DNA of 64,000 bases from Thermogladius sp. GTDB lineage: Archaea > Thermoproteota > Thermoprotei_A > Sulfolobales > Desulfurococcaceae. Location: assembly GCA_022759365.1 (NCBI GenBank), contig JAEMPJ010000007.1, positions 9,372-73,371 on the forward strand. The letters are read 5' to 3'. Positions 11,692 through 22,277 of this stretch are shown piece after piece (position 1 is the stretch's first letter; each line of letters begins with the position of its first letter). The notes under the pieces were generated by a model. It saw only the letters and a program-made list of their open reading frames with translations. It ran no database searches and was not told the DNA's origin. The translations under genes and the position numbers were made by a program.

Positions 11692-11941
11692 CTCCTGCAC
11701 TACCTTCACTTGCCTCTTCCCCGGCAACCTCCTCGGCAACCACGGTTTTACCCGCCTTAGCCTCCTCCCTCATGACGGTTAGTATCCTCGCTATGTCCCT
11801 CCTAACGTTCCTTATTCTACTTGTATTAGTTAGAGTCCCCACCCTCGACTGCATCCTCAACTTGGCTAACTCCATCCTCAACTCAAGCAACTTCCTCTCT
11901 CTTTCCTCGGGAGGCATTTTCCTTATTTCACTTGCCTTCAC
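11675..11941 (-). CDS. rpl29: 50S ribosomal protein L29 with acidic C-terminal tail
   Basis: KASEIRKM, IRNVRRDIARILT; GTG start after GGTGGTG. Confidence 0.93.
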   Translation of the reverse strand: MKASEIRKMPPEERERKLLELRMELAKLRMQSRVGTLTNTSRIRNVRRDIARILTVMREEAKAGKTVVAEEVAGEEASEGSAGVEAKQ

Positions 11942-12620
11942 TCGCACCACCTTCACCAGTAGCTTCCACTCCACTCTCTTTAGCCGGTTGTAGTAGGGAT
12001 TGAAGCTCCTCGGGCTTTAATGCCTTGATCTCCACCTGGTCTGGTAGCGGGATGGACGGCTTCACTATAATCACCTCGACACCGAATATACCGGGCTTCA
12101 ACAGTGTTTTCGCCACAGCCCTGTCGACGATGTAGTCCACTAGATCCCCCGCCTTGTAGATCTTACCAGTCCTCATCTTCTCGTACGTGGCTCTTTCACC
12201 CCTCAGCTTACCGCTTATAACTATTTCGGCGCCGAGGGCTCCCGCATCCATAATCCTCTTCAACATCGCCATCATCACCCTCCTGTATGGTATCTCCTTC
12301 TCCAGCGCCCTCACAATCCTGTAGGCTACTACCCTCGCGTTCAGGTCGGGGTCTGGTACTGGCGAAACCGTTATGTTAACGTTCTCAAGCCCGAACCTCG
12401 TCTGGAAGATCGTCGTCAGCTTTCTGATCACGGAGCCACCGCGTCCAATAAGCCTACCCGGGTACTCAGCGTAGATCACCACCCTGTGGCCTGTAGGCGT
12501 CTTATACAACTCGACGCCAGCGTAGCCTGCGTCTACAAAATAGTTTCCAAGGAACTGGTCTATCATGGTCTTCTTTATACCGAGGTTAATGAAGTATTGC
12601 TTAACTCTTGAGCCTACCAC
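11928..12620 (-). CDS. rps3: 30S ribosomal protein S3
   Basis: PGRLIGRGG KH domain, GAEIVISGKLRGERA. Confidence 0.96.
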   Translation of the reverse strand: MVGSRVKQYFINLGIKKTMIDQFLGNYFVDAGYAGVELYKTPTGHRVVIYAEYPGRLIGRGGSVIRKLTTIFQTRFGLENVNITVSPVPDPDLNARVVAYRIVRALEKEIPYRRVMMAMLKRIMDAGALGAEIVISGKLRGERATYEKMRTGKIYKAGDLVDYIVDRAVAKTLLKPGIFGVEVIIVKPSIPLPDQVEIKALKPEELQSLLQPAKESGVEATGEGGASEGK

Positions 12621-13094
12621 TCAACCCACCTCCTTCACTATGATCTCCACGTTGGTTGTCCTACGGTATTTGGGTGTAGCCCTGCCAAAGGCTCTAGGCA
12701 TGTATCTTTTAAGGGTTACACCTTTATGAGCGGCCACGTGGATGATTACGAGCTTCTCCTTATCTAAACCCTTATTCTCCGCGTTCGCCTCGACGTTGTC
12801 CAGGATCTCGAGCATGTACCTCGCGGCTTTAACAGGGTATCTTCCAGCCGGCCACCCGTATTTCCCGGCCAAACCCCTCTTGTGGCTTACCTTGCCGAAG
12901 TACCTCCTAAACGGTATAGGCTCCTTGAGTTTGATGACGTTCTCGAGGAGCCTCCGGGCGTCCTTGAGCTTCAACCCTTTGATCGCCGCCGCGACCTCCC
13001 TCATGTACTTTATGGAGACGGGTATATCGTATCTCACAGCCTTCGCTATCTTTGATTCATCCCTGAGTTTAAGCGAGTAGTGCCATGTAGGCAT
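12621..13094 (-). CDS. rpl22: 50S ribosomal protein L22
   Basis: GRYPVKAA, NAENKGLD, MPRAFGRA. Confidence 0.96.
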   Translation of the reverse strand: MPTWHYSLKLRDESKIAKAVRYDIPVSIKYMREVAAAIKGLKLKDARRLLENVIKLKEPIPFRRYFGKVSHKRGLAGKYGWPAGRYPVKAARYMLEILDNVEANAENKGLDKEKLVIIHVAAHKGVTLKRYMPRAFGRATPKYRRTTNVEIIVKEVG

Positions 13095-13104
13095 CAAACC
13101 ACCT

Positions 13105-13542
13105 CTACGTCTTCAAAGCGACGAACATACTGCTCCTCGTAGCCTTTAGGCCAGGCTCGCCGTGGACGACCTTCTTGGTTGTAGGGCTGAACTCGCCGAG
13201 GTAATGCCCAATCATCTCGGGTGTTATCTTAACAGGCTGAAACTCCTTACCGTTGTATACAGCTATAGTTAGACCGACCATCTCTGGCAGAACGATCATA
13301 TCCCTGACATGGGTCTTGATAACGGCTTTCTTAGCCAGCTCAGGCTTCTGCCTTATCTTCCTTATCTTCGCGAGCAACCTTATCTGGGCTTTAGTGAAGC
13401 CTCTCTTCAAGCTCCTCCTAGCCCTAGCAGGTAGCAACTCGATGAGTTCATCCATTGGCATTGAGAGTAGCTCCTCTAAGCTCTTACCTCTATACCTAAA
13501 CTTCTTCCACTCGGGCGGCATATCTCTTAAATCCACTGCCAC
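13105..13542 (-). CDS. rps19: 30S ribosomal protein S19
   Basis: [25 protein letters not shown]. Confidence 0.96.
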   Translation of the reverse strand: MAVDLRDMPPEWKKFRYRGKSLEELLSMPMDELIELLPARARRSLKRGFTKAQIRLLAKIRKIRQKPELAKKAVIKTHVRDMIVLPEMVGLTIAVYNGKEFQPVKITPEMIGHYLGEFSPTTKKVVHGEPGLKATRSSMFVALKT

Positions 13543-13583
13543 TGGGATACACCTGTAAGCACTCGATCCAGATATGCCTGTGT

Positions 13584-15410
13584 CTAGATTTTAATGTTTA
13601 ACCTCTTTTTAAGTAAAATGGGTAGTTTGCTGGGATTTTTAACGATTATCGTCTCGCACCCCACATCCCTTAATCTCCTTAAAACCTCATTATCGTGTCG
13701 CGGCGGCGTTACCACGATGACTCTCACACCCCTCTCGATTAGCTCTGAAACCTCAACCCATGGCTCAGTATCTCTCACCGTCTGCTTGAGATCCGAGACT
13801 ATGAGGACAACCCTGCTCGTCGGCTTGGCCTTGACTGCCCTGATCGCCTGGCTTATATTGGTGTAGCCCCTGAACTTCTGGGTGTAGAGTTTCTCGAGGA
13901 ATTTGTAGACTAGGGGCCTAGTCTTCCTCGCCGGGGGTTTAACGACCTCGACTTTATCCCAGAACAGTAGTATTCTATCCACTACCTCTATTAAGCTGGC
14001 TAGTGCTATGAGGGTCCATATACTATACCTGAGCATGCTACCGCTGACATCTATAAGGACTGTCACACTCCTCTTTCTAAGTACATCCTTGAATGAAAGC
14101 CTGTAGTTGAACCTGGAGTAATTGAACACTGTCGCCCTCACATCTACTCTACCTCTACTAGACCTCACTCTCCCCCCTACTCGGGAACCTTTTTCAGCAT
14201 TCTCGAATATTCTGCAACCAAGCCTCAACGCCCTCTCTATAACCTCATAGTTAAAGCCCTTCGTGGAAGTGTAGTCAAGGACTCTCATTGAGAGGAGCTC
14301 TATGGCGTCGTCTGGGAACAACTTGGAGACAACGCGCTCAAACCCTCTTTGGTCTTCCCCTAATATGCTCTCTAGAAGCCGCCTCAAGGAGTGATCTAAT
14401 TGAGAGGCATCTACTCTCCCAGCATAGTACAACGCCAGCTGCCTCTCTCCCTGCTCGCCGGATACCAAGTAGTCTACGTAGTGTCTTAACGCTAGCCCCA
14501 GCAACGCCTTACTTCTAGCCGACCCCTCTAGTTTCTCCAAGCTGGTTAAGCCAGCCAGTGTTATAGGGCTGAGCTCGGATAGCCTTCCCCTAAACTTCTC
14601 GACTCTATACAAGCTTGACACAATCTTCCACCTTGTAGGCAGAGGCTCATTCTCCAACTCGCTGAGGTCTAGATGCTGGTAAACCTCCTTGTTTAACCCC
14701 GGCATCCTGGTGGAAAGATCCTTGTCCAGTCTCCTAGCCGAGAGCAGTGTTTCGAGCCGGAGCCCCCCTCTTAAGGCTCTCTCAGACCACTCCTCCATAA
14801 TCCTCTTGTCAACACTCTTATTATAGCCCGCGAACCTCCTAGTCAACTCCGCTAGCAACAAGTCATCCACGTGTTTCAGGAACTCGTTTGTCAACACGCT
14901 AGGCCAATACTTGCTGGGAACCTCACCCAGGTATTTTATCACATCTTTAACCCCAATGGCTTTAGCCTCCCTGATAACCCTGCCTGAAATATTCTTGTTG
15001 ACACTGAGCCTCCCCGATTTGTCCCTGTAGAGTACTCTATGAGACCTAAGCCAAATGTAGCTCAATACTTCCTCGGCGCTTCCATCCCTTATTACATCCT
15101 CTACACGCAGGCCCCTGCGTTTTGCAGTGAGGATTCGTAGAAGCCCGTCTTTACTGGGCTGGAAAGACCACTCTCTAATGTCGGCTTCACCGGGTTTCTT
15201 AACGTAAGAGTTGTAAAGCTCCTCGACAACCTCCCTCTTTAGGTTATCGGATTCGTAGGGCAGGAGCTCCAACGTTAGCCTAAGCAGAGTCAAGTCTAAT
15301 AACTGGCTTGTGGGAAGCCGCTTGCCATCTCTAACTCTCCGGTAGACCTCCTCAACAACAGCTTCAACCAGGTCTTCAACGCTATCTCTCACGTGCTGGT
15401 AGGAGCTCAT
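13584..15410 (-). CDS. vWA-domain protein (CoxE-like partner of MoxR ATPase)
   Basis: C-terminal [18 protein letters not shown] and IVSD; preceded by GRVDVRATV. Confidence 0.85.
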   Translation of the reverse strand: MSSYQHVRDSVEDLVEAVVEEVYRRVRDGKRLPTSQLLDLTLLRLTLELLPYESDNLKREVVEELYNSYVKKPGEADIREWSFQPSKDGLLRILTAKRRGLRVEDVIRDGSAEEVLSYIWLRSHRVLYRDKSGRLSVNKNISGRVIREAKAIGVKDVIKYLGEVPSKYWPSVLTNEFLKHVDDLLLAELTRRFAGYNKSVDKRIMEEWSERALRGGLRLETLLSARRLDKDLSTRMPGLNKEVYQHLDLSELENEPLPTRWKIVSSLYRVEKFRGRLSELSPITLAGLTSLEKLEGSARSKALLGLALRHYVDYLVSGEQGERQLALYYAGRVDASQLDHSLRRLLESILGEDQRGFERVVSKLFPDDAIELLSMRVLDYTSTKGFNYEVIERALRLGCRIFENAEKGSRVGGRVRSSRGRVDVRATVFNYSRFNYRLSFKDVLRKRSVTVLIDVSGSMLRYSIWTLIALASLIEVVDRILLFWDKVEVVKPPARKTRPLVYKFLEKLYTQKFRGYTNISQAIRAVKAKPTSRVVLIVSDLKQTVRDTEPWVEVSELIERGVRVIVVTPPRHDNEVLRRLRDVGCETIIVKNPSKLPILLKKRLNIKI

Positions 15411-16320
15411 TGATCAAATCCTCGTCTTCAGGATTCTTCAATAAGACCACTCTACCTGCTTCAACAAGCTCTTCTCTACCAGCTTTCTCCAGCCCCCTGA
15501 TCTCGGCTAGTAGAGATGTCAACGTCATCCACATAACGCTGTCCGATATACCAGGCTTGTATACAGCCTTCTGCCTCAACGTTCTAACAATAGACAGTGC
15601 CTCCTCAACCAGCTTGGGGTCAAGCCTCTTAGCTAGGTCTCCTAGCCTAAGCTTGATGATCTCGAGCTCTTCTTCAAGCGACGGGTACTTGAACTCTATT
15701 CTGACGACCCGTCTAAGGAACGCGTCGCTGAGCTCGCCTTGGCCAATGTCGTAGGGGTTGCTGGTTAATATGATCTGGAACCCCTCGTCTTTCTGATAAT
15801 AGACTTTCTTCAACTCGGGTATTATGATCCTCCTCTTGTCTATTATGTCGAGGAGCATGTTCTGGAACTCCTCGCTACTCCTTCTTATATCGTCTATTAA
15901 TACGCCAGCGCCTAGTATCATGGCCGCTAGAAGCGGCCTTGGTATAAAGCTCTCCTCGTTAAACCCCTTGCTTACAGCCATAGCTGGGTGGAAGTCCCCT
16001 ATAACCCGGTACTCATCGTAGTTTTCACTACATGGAAGCACGAAAGCAGACTTCCCGCTCCATAAGCTGAGTATAGCCTCACCTATCTCGGTCTTACCTG
16101 TACCAGGAGGCCCCTCGAAGAGGACAGGCCTGTTGTTCAGGAAAGCCGCCACCGTGAGATACACGACATGGGGTTTGACAACTAGCTTGAAGTAGTCCCT
16201 CAAATACTTCAGCATCTCAGGCGGGCTTCTCACAACTGGATATCGGCGAATCGTCTGGAGGTATATCTCCTGTACTTTACTCACGATTAAGTCAACGTTG
16301 CCGCTGCTACTCGAAGCCAT
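15382..16320 (-). CDS. MoxR-family AAA+ ATPase
   Basis: FEGPPGTGKT, LIDDIRR, ILTSN, LSDAFLRR; overlaps the vWA gene. Confidence 0.88.
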   Translation of the reverse strand: MASSSSGNVDLIVSKVQEIYLQTIRRYPVVRSPPEMLKYLRDYFKLVVKPHVVYLTVAAFLNNRPVLFEGPPGTGKTEIGEAILSLWSGKSAFVLPCSENYDEYRVIGDFHPAMAVSKGFNEESFIPRPLLAAMILGAGVLIDDIRRSSEEFQNMLLDIIDKRRIIIPELKKVYYQKDEGFQIILTSNPYDIGQGELSDAFLRRVVRIEFKYPSLEEELEIIKLRLGDLAKRLDPKLVEEALSIVRTLRQKAVYKPGISDSVMWMTLTSLLAEIRGLEKAGREELVEAGRVVLLKNPEDEDLINELLPARER

Positions 16321-16382
16321 CCCGACCAGAACCTAGGGGAGGTTGGGTAGTGCTATCTAGAAATTAGGTTTCGGTGAAAAGG

Positions 16383-17099
16383 CTATTTACCCTTTCTTCT
16401 ACCGGTCCTCCTAGCCGCTATATGCCCGACTTTCCTACCAGGCGGAGTATTCCTGGCAACTGTCGTCGGCCTGCCGACATGCCTCCCACCGCCGTGGGGG
16501 TGTGATGCCGGGTTCATTGCTAGACCTCTCACTTTAGGCCACTTGTGTGCTTTAGCCTTCCACTTGTAGTAGGAGGCCCCGGCTTTTAGGAGCGGTTTCT
16601 CAATTCTACCCCCGCCTGCGACAACCCCTATCATAGCCCTAGAGTTGTTCGAGACCTCCACCACTCGCCCGCTAGGCAACTGTATCTGCGTTTTATCGCC
16701 TGATCTACCCACTATCACAGCATATGTGCCACCCGCCCTCGCGTATCTACCCCCGTCGCCCGGGTTCTTCTCTATGTTGGCTACCTGTGTACCCTCAGGT
16801 ATCCTACCCACGGGTAGGATGTTCCCGTTCTTTATCTTAGCATCTGGGCCTATTTCGATGGTCTGGCCGACATACATGCCCTCCACTGCCGGGACGTAGA
16901 ATATGTCGCCTGTCTCCAGCTTTATCACGGCTAAGGGAACCCACCTGCCCGGGTCGTGGACTAGGTCTATTACCTTCCCTTTAAGAGTCTTGTCAGCCGG
17001 CAACTGGGGGTATTTCGCCGGGGCTACCCTGAGGTGGCCCGGGCTCCTGAAGGTGGGGGAGCCCCTGCCCATTCTCTGCGGTAGTATCCTTTTACCCAT
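16383..17099 (-). CDS. rpl2: 50S ribosomal protein L2
   Basis: [28 protein letters not shown]. Confidence 0.97.
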   Translation of the reverse strand: MGKRILPQRMGRGSPTFRSPGHLRVAPAKYPQLPADKTLKGKVIDLVHDPGRWVPLAVIKLETGDIFYVPAVEGMYVGQTIEIGPDAKIKNGNILPVGRIPEGTQVANIEKNPGDGGRYARAGGTYAVIVGRSGDKTQIQLPSGRVVEVSNNSRAMIGVVAGGGRIEKPLLKAGASYYKWKAKAHKWPKVRGLAMNPASHPHGGGRHVGRPTTVARNTPPGRKVGHIAARRTGRRKGK

Positions 17100-17109
17100 T
17101 TAACCCACC

Positions 17110-17382
17110 TCACAGCAACCCTAGTTGAGTGGCTACATCACTAGCCTTAAACTCGCTCGACAGCTTTACATACGCCTTCTTCTCTCCTCTAGGAGTGATC
17201 AAAGTATTAACCTTAACTACCTTAACGTTGAAGAGCTTCTCGACAGCTTCCTTAATAAGGGCTTTACTCGCATTTCTATCCACGATAAAGACCAGTGTAT
17301 TATTCTTATCAATGAGCGTCAAAGCTTTCTCGCTGTGTACAGGCCTAATTATCACTTTCGCCAGCTTGTCCAGCTCGCTCAA
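17110..17382 (-). CDS. rpl23: 50S ribosomal protein L23
   Basis: [28 protein letters not shown]. Confidence 0.96.
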   Translation of the reverse strand: MSELDKLAKVIIRPVHSEKALTLIDKNNTLVFIVDRNASKALIKEAVEKLFNVKVVKVNTLITPRGEKKAYVKLSSEFKASDVATQLGLL

Positions 17383-18197
17383 AACACCACCACCTCAAAC
17401 TTCCTCCCTATTTCCTCCAGCGCTTTCTTCGTGAAAACAGTAAGCCTACCGGGTACTCCCCCGGGAGCCAGGTGCAACACGCTGAGAGTGCCGGGTGTGG
17501 CCACGTCAACTCCAGGCAGGTTTCTCACCGCCTTGGCTATCGGCTTGTCAGTACTGGACACTACGAAGAGTATGCTCTTCGGCTCAACATACCTCCTCCC
17601 CCTCATCTTGCCCTTCCCAGCCCTGATCCCGATCCCCTCCCTACTCCTCTCTACATCACTCCACAAGCCTAGTTTAACCAGTAGCTCCCTGGCCTTCTTA
17701 GTTGAGTCGACAGCCTCCTCGGCGCTGTCGGCTAGGACTATGGGGAGGGACTTCGCGTCGAATACGTGCCCTCTCCTCTTGACGAGGTCTACGATGCTGG
17801 TCGCCGCGAGAGCGCTTGCGAGAGCCAGAGCGTTCTCCTTCCTGTTGATCCTCTCTTCTAAAACTCTGTCCGGCGTAGGTGGGAAAGCCGCGTGGCCTCC
17901 CCTAGCGCTCACGACGAACCTCGCTCTACCATTGGGGTTCCTTGGGACTCTCGCCAGGCCGTGCCCTACGCCCCAGCTGTACGCCGTGGTCCTCTTGCCT
18001 GCAAGGGGGTCTCTACCCTTTGGTTGCAACCTTGATGTGAAGGCGGCGAGAAAGGCCCTTCTAATCAAATCCCCTCTAACAGGCACCTGGAAGACTGGTG
18101 GAAGCTCGACCTCGCCGACCTGGCTGCCATTCTCGTCGAAGACTATCGCCTTCTTCTTCTCAACCGACAGGGGTTTAACAACTAACTGCCACGTCAT
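17379..18197 (-). CDS. rpl4: 50S ribosomal protein L4
   Basis: [32 protein letters not shown]. Confidence 0.96.
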   Translation of the reverse strand: MTWQLVVKPLSVEKKKAIVFDENGSQVGEVELPPVFQVPVRGDLIRRAFLAAFTSRLQPKGRDPLAGKRTTAYSWGVGHGLARVPRNPNGRARFVVSARGGHAAFPPTPDRVLEERINRKENALALASALAATSIVDLVKRRGHVFDAKSLPIVLADSAEEAVDSTKKARELLVKLGLWSDVERSREGIGIRAGKGKMRGRRYVEPKSILFVVSSTDKPIAKAVRNLPGVDVATPGTLSVLHLAPGGVPGRLTVFTKKALEEIGRKFEVVVF

Positions 18198-18199
18198 CT

Positions 18200-19390
18200 C
18201 TAAGCACCCTGCTTGCTCTCAAGGCTTAGATAAGTTATCTGCGGGGGTGTTAAGGGCAACCAGCCCAACGGTGGTCTAACGGGGTGTCTTAGCATGAGAA
18301 CTCTCTTCACAGGCCCTATCACGCTCCCCTTGATCAAGAGGTAGGGGCCGTATATCAAACCGTAGTGGAGGAAGCCTCCCTCGGGGACGACTTCAAGGCC
18401 GTTCATCCCTATCTTCAGGATCCTCTTATTCAGCTCAGTCCTCCTGTGGAAGCCTGTCTGACCTGCCTGAGGCGGCTCGCTCATAGTGCCGAAGCCAGGG
18501 CTCCTCGCGCCGATCTTTCTACTACCCTTCCTGTGCTTATGCCACCTCGGAAGCTCTTTTACTCCAAACCTCTTTATAACGCCCTGGAAGCCCTTCCCCT
18601 TTGTTACACCTATAACGTCGACCAACTGTCCCTCTAGGAATACATCTGATACAGTTACGAAGCCTCCTGTAACCTTCTCTGCGTATGAAGTTAGCTCATC
18701 TATTTTACCTCCCCCAACCCTGATCTCGAATATCTCGGGCTTCTTCTTGCCGATCCCCGAGAATATAGGCAACGTTGATACAATTAAGCTTACTGCTTTG
18801 ATCTCCCCTGACAAAACCTGTTTAACCCTGTTTTCGAAGTCCGTCTCAATAAACTTGAACCCGTACTCGCCTCCGGGGTCAGGTTTCACGAGACCGTGGT
18901 TAACCTTCCTTAACCCCGCGAGGTACTTCCTGACGATTTCCTTGGCGGAGTATTGCTTGAAGAACGGGCTGTCCTTGTAAAACTTCTCGAATACCTCGAT
19001 AACCGCGTTTACAGGGCTTCTCCAAGCCTCCCCCTGGGTCTTCAAGGCACCTCCTTCAGCAACGTAGGTTCTCAAGCCTAACACTACGATAGGCGGGGCG
19101 TCCAGTATCGTGAGCGGCGTGAAAACGGGTTTACCGGTTAGAGGGGTGCGGGGCCTGTCCTCGACTACAAGGGCGTGGGACATCCCAGCCTTGTATACTG
19201 GGAAGCCTAGCAACATGGGTCTCCTAGCGATATTGAGCTTCTCGACTTCACTACCATACCTTTCCGCAAGTACCTCAATCCACGTCTTCGCAGGCCACGT
19301 CCTCACGCGTACGGTTAACTCGCTAGCCCTCTTCCTCGGCCTGACACCCAGGCTACCGTGTCTCGGCGCTTCTAGTTTTCTATGACCCAT
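18200..19390 (-). CDS. rpl3: 50S ribosomal protein L3 (long, 396 aa)
   Basis: [35 protein letters not shown]. Confidence 0.96.
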   Translation of the reverse strand: MGHRKLEAPRHGSLGVRPRKRASELTVRVRTWPAKTWIEVLAERYGSEVEKLNIARRPMLLGFPVYKAGMSHALVVEDRPRTPLTGKPVFTPLTILDAPPIVVLGLRTYVAEGGALKTQGEAWRSPVNAVIEVFEKFYKDSPFFKQYSAKEIVRKYLAGLRKVNHGLVKPDPGGEYGFKFIETDFENRVKQVLSGEIKAVSLIVSTLPIFSGIGKKKPEIFEIRVGGGKIDELTSYAEKVTGGFVTVSDVFLEGQLVDVIGVTKGKGFQGVIKRFGVKELPRWHKHRKGSRKIGARSPGFGTMSEPPQAGQTGFHRRTELNKRILKIGMNGLEVVPEGGFLHYGLIYGPYLLIKGSVIGPVKRVLMLRHPVRPPLGWLPLTPPQITYLSLESKQGA

Positions 19391-19467
19391 TAAGCATACC
19401 CCAAGCTACACTTTGTAAACACTTAGACAAGGTTTTAAAGGTGACCCTCTAACCGGCTACTCGTCTT

Positions 19468-20307
19468 TCATTCGGCTGGTCGAAGCCCAGCCCAGGTCTT
19501 CCTCAAGATGTTTATGATGCCTAGCGTTATAACAAGGGCCTCCTCGCTCCGTACAGTCACCACCCTCTGTCCAGGTATCGTATTCCACACGTCTTCAACA
19601 TACATCCTCAAGTTGAAGCCCTCGGCTACAGCCATCTCGAATAACCCGTGGCTAGGAGACCCGAAGAGCACGAGCATCGTCTTATTGAGCCTCCTGGCAT
19701 ACTCGTGGATAGGGGGTACCCTACCCCTCCTGTCTGTTGCCAGGATGAGGCTTCTACCCGCGTATTCATCGACGACTTCTCTCAGAGACTTTTTAAACTC
19801 TAGCTCGGGGCCTGTGTAGAGCCCTCCCTCGGTTACTTCAACCACCCTCCTGTCTACATCGACCACTCTAACCTGTTTGATACCTTCTTTACACTCGCCT
19901 TTAACAAAATACTCCTCCCCTACACCGATGTCTGCGAGGCAGCCCTCCCGCGTTTTCTTCACGTGGGCGAGCCTCACCTGCCCCTTATACGGTTTCCTGG
20001 AGACGTGGAATGCCTCTAGCCTGAGAGGCGGGAGCAGGCCTACACCCCTCAGATCCCTGTCTATGGGTATGAGCTTCTTCCTCAAGTAGGGGGGTGTCCT
20101 GTAGTAATTCCAAACCTTCTCTAAGAAAACCGCGGATTCTTCATGGGATCTCTCGCTTGTAGAAAAATCTTTGTAGAACACAATTTTCCCTACCCCGAAT
20201 ATAGAGGAGTATCTTAGGATCTGGTATGCTTTCATGAGCCTCGGCAGGCCAGGGGGTTCAGCAAGTAAAACGCTTGTTGGTAGAGCAACGTAAATCTCAT
20301 CGCTCAA
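19468..20307 (-). CDS. SPOUT-family RNA methyltransferase (DUF171/MTH1-like)
   Basis: TPPYLRK, GLLPPL, FGSP, NTIPGQRVVTVRSEEA; typical position upstream of rpl3. Confidence 0.85.
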   Translation of the reverse strand: MSDEIYVALPTSVLLAEPPGLPRLMKAYQILRYSSIFGVGKIVFYKDFSTSERSHEESAVFLEKVWNYYRTPPYLRKKLIPIDRDLRGVGLLPPLRLEAFHVSRKPYKGQVRLAHVKKTREGCLADIGVGEEYFVKGECKEGIKQVRVVDVDRRVVEVTEGGLYTGPELEFKKSLREVVDEYAGRSLILATDRRGRVPPIHEYARRLNKTMLVLFGSPSHGLFEMAVAEGFNLRMYVEDVWNTIPGQRVVTVRSEEALVITLGIINILRKTWAGLRPAE

Positions 20308-20308
20308 C

Positions 20309-20422
20309 CTATTTACCCTTCTCCTTCCCCTTCTCAGAGGCCTCCTCGGGCTTCGCCTTCTTCTCGCTTGACACTTTCTTCTCCTTAGTCATGAAGATGG
20401 TTGTCCTCTGCCTGCCACCCAC
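20309..20422 (-). CDS. 37-aa Lys/Glu-rich small protein MGGRQRTTIFMTKEKKVSSEKKAKPEEASEKGKEKGK
   Basis: GTG start 5 nt after GGGTGA SD; TTTAATA box at ~20459-20465; stop ends 1 nt before the SPOUT TTG. Confidence 0.6.
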   Translation of the reverse strand: MGGRQRTTIFMTKEKKVSSEKKAKPEEASEKGKEKGK

Positions 20423-20474
20423 ACGACTCACCCTAGGCTAGTGAGAGTATGTTTGGCTTATTAAATTCTCTGCG

Positions 20475-20530
20475 GTTTCAGATACGACCGCACACATCAC
20501 AGCTCAGGATGCTCGCCGTTCATCACTGTC
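20475..20530 (-). ncRNA. box C/D methylation-guide sRNA
   Basis: GTGATGA (C) - ACGGCGAGCATC - CTGA (D') - GC - TGTGATG (C') - TGTGCGGTCGTAT - CTGA (D); 12-13 nt guides; TATTTAAG ~26-33 nt upstream of box C. Confidence 0.88.
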
Positions 20531-22141
20531 TGCATGTATAGGGCTTCTAACCTTAAATACAACCGGGTGCGGGTCTAGGGCGTTAAGGAAGAATGCTTCC
20601 CCAACACCGAGCCTGCTGAGCTTACCAGCTAGATCCTCGGCTTCCAGGCCCAGCATCCCAGCCGCGTCCCGCGCGTACTTCTCGTTGGGGGAGCCGAATA
20701 TAATCACTAGGTGAGCGTTCTCGACCACCTCCCTGGGGAGGTCGCTCGGGTTCTGAGTGGAGAGAACCATGCCCACCCTCCTACTCCTACCCTCCTTGAA
20801 GAGCTCCGCTACCAGCCTAGATCTCGATATCCTCCAAGCCTCGTCCACGACGATAAGCCGTATGTCGCTGGTACCCCTCTGGAAAAAGGTCTTCCGAGCC
20901 AGGTATAGTAGTATTAGCCCGTAGGCTGTCTGATAGGCGTACCCGTAGTTGCCCAAGTTGGCTAACACGTTGTCACTCATAATCAATTCAGCTAGATCCT
21001 TATGTCTAGAATCCCTTCCCAGGAACTCAAGTATCGGTAGAATGTCTGCTCTTACATGGCTGATGACGTCGCCAGCGGTGATCGTAGAGTAAACGTATTC
21101 AACCGACTCCATCAAAATCTCTCTCGGCACCTGGAGAGACGAAGACAGGAGGTCTGCTAGAAGGCCTTTGGCCTCAATGCTGGAATCAAACAGCCCTCTG
21201 ACCGATAACGGGTATTCCCTGGGCTCTATTATCCTCGCGATACCTTTCTCCATGTAGGCGGCTAGATCACCCTTGAAGTCCACAGCAAGGAATAAGCCGG
21301 CTCCAACTGAGAAAAAGCCCTCGAGCAACCTAGCGAGGAGAGTTGTCTTACCCCTCCCCGTGGGACCTATCACAATCATGTGTTTTAGAAGCATGTCTAC
21401 GGGTACCACTACAGGGGTACCGTCCTCCGCTTCAACACCAAGCAGTATAGCGTCCTCGTAGTCGGCGCGCGGCTTCTTAACCGCTGGGGCGGGTAGAACC
21501 GGTGCCACAGCGTTTACCGGCCCTATGAAGCTCTTGACGTCTAAATCGTTGGATAGCCCGAGCTCGTAGGCCAGGATCCTCCCGAGCTCTCTTCCAGCCT
21601 CCCTAATCTTCAACCCGAGAGTAGACCTGAAAACGTTGGAGATTATTGATGAGTGGTATGAGAGTATCTGCTTAGCCTCCTCAGTCGTGTTCGCTTCAAC
21701 CCTGATCTTAACGATAAACGATAGCCTCAGCAACGGCTTGCCTTCTACAATCATTTTATAGAGCTCGCTGAGATTGCTCAGCCTGGCTTCCAACCTCGTC
21801 TTCAAGAAGGGTTCGCTTGCTAGCTCCATGGAGGCCTTGATATTGGCCATCTCATTTTCAAGTTTTCTAAGAAAAGACGTTAAGTCGAGTTTAAACTTAA
21901 TTATCTTAACCTCGCTACCGTGCGGGAGTTTATCGATGACCGAGGCTAGTCTTTCAACGTTATCATACAGTTTCACAGGGCTTAAACTCCTAACATCGAG
22001 ATCCATCTCCTCCCCGATCAAGTAGCGTATACCCGTAACCTTGCCTCGGTTAATATAGAATAAGTCCGGCGGCTCTACTCTAACCTCACCCGCCTGCGAG
22101 ACCCTCGCCAATAAGGCTTTAATATCCCTCAATCTTACCAT
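20504..22141 (-). CDS. cedB: Ced DNA-import ATPase CedB (VirB4/HerA family)
   Basis: GPTGRGKT, DFKGD, VVDEAW, EGRSRRVG, STQNPSD; last gene of the ced operon. Confidence 0.88.
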   Translation of the reverse strand: MVRLRDIKALLARVSQAGEVRVEPPDLFYINRGKVTGIRYLIGEEMDLDVRSLSPVKLYDNVERLASVIDKLPHGSEVKIIKFKLDLTSFLRKLENEMANIKASMELASEPFLKTRLEARLSNLSELYKMIVEGKPLLRLSFIVKIRVEANTTEEAKQILSYHSSIISNVFRSTLGLKIREAGRELGRILAYELGLSNDLDVKSFIGPVNAVAPVLPAPAVKKPRADYEDAILLGVEAEDGTPVVVPVDMLLKHMIVIGPTGRGKTTLLARLLEGFFSVGAGLFLAVDFKGDLAAYMEKGIARIIEPREYPLSVRGLFDSSIEAKGLLADLLSSSLQVPREILMESVEYVYSTITAGDVISHVRADILPILEFLGRDSRHKDLAELIMSDNVLANLGNYGYAYQTAYGLILLYLARKTFFQRGTSDIRLIVVDEAWRISRSRLVAELFKEGRSRRVGMVLSTQNPSDLPREVVENAHLVIIFGSPNEKYARDAAGMLGLEAEDLAGKLSRLGVGEAFFLNALDPHPVVFKVRSPIHADSDERRAS

Positions 22142-22277
22142 GAAGGAACACCAACAGGAGGGTGAGTGTTAGGCCTGTTGCGAGTAGGATGAGGCCTGTA
22201 GAACCGTGCTCCTCGATGAATGAGAGCACGGACATTATTAAAGTCATGCATACTATCGCCTTCTCCAATCTCCTCAT
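22119..22277 (-). CDS. cedA2: Ced small membrane protein CedA2 (52 aa, 2 TM), not in the ORF track
   Basis: MRRLEKAIVCMTLIMSVLSFIEEHGSTGLILLATGLTLTLLLVFLHGKIEGY; ATGA overlap with the cedA stop; lies between cedA and cedB. Confidence 0.8.
   Translation of the reverse strand: MRRLEKAIVCMTLIMSVLSFIEEHGSTGLILLATGLTLTLLLVFLHGKIEGY

Noticed and set aside
15382..15420. Possible frameshift fusion of MoxR and vWA (as in some chelatase genes)
   Set aside because: The vWA frame has a TGA two codons before its ATG and there is no slippery heptamer in the overlap; simple gene overlap
17125..18279. 384-aa plus-strand ORF and many other antisense ORFs over ribosomal, por, thermosome and helicase genes
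   Set aside because: Shadow frames antisense to clearly identified conserved genes; no recognisable motifs
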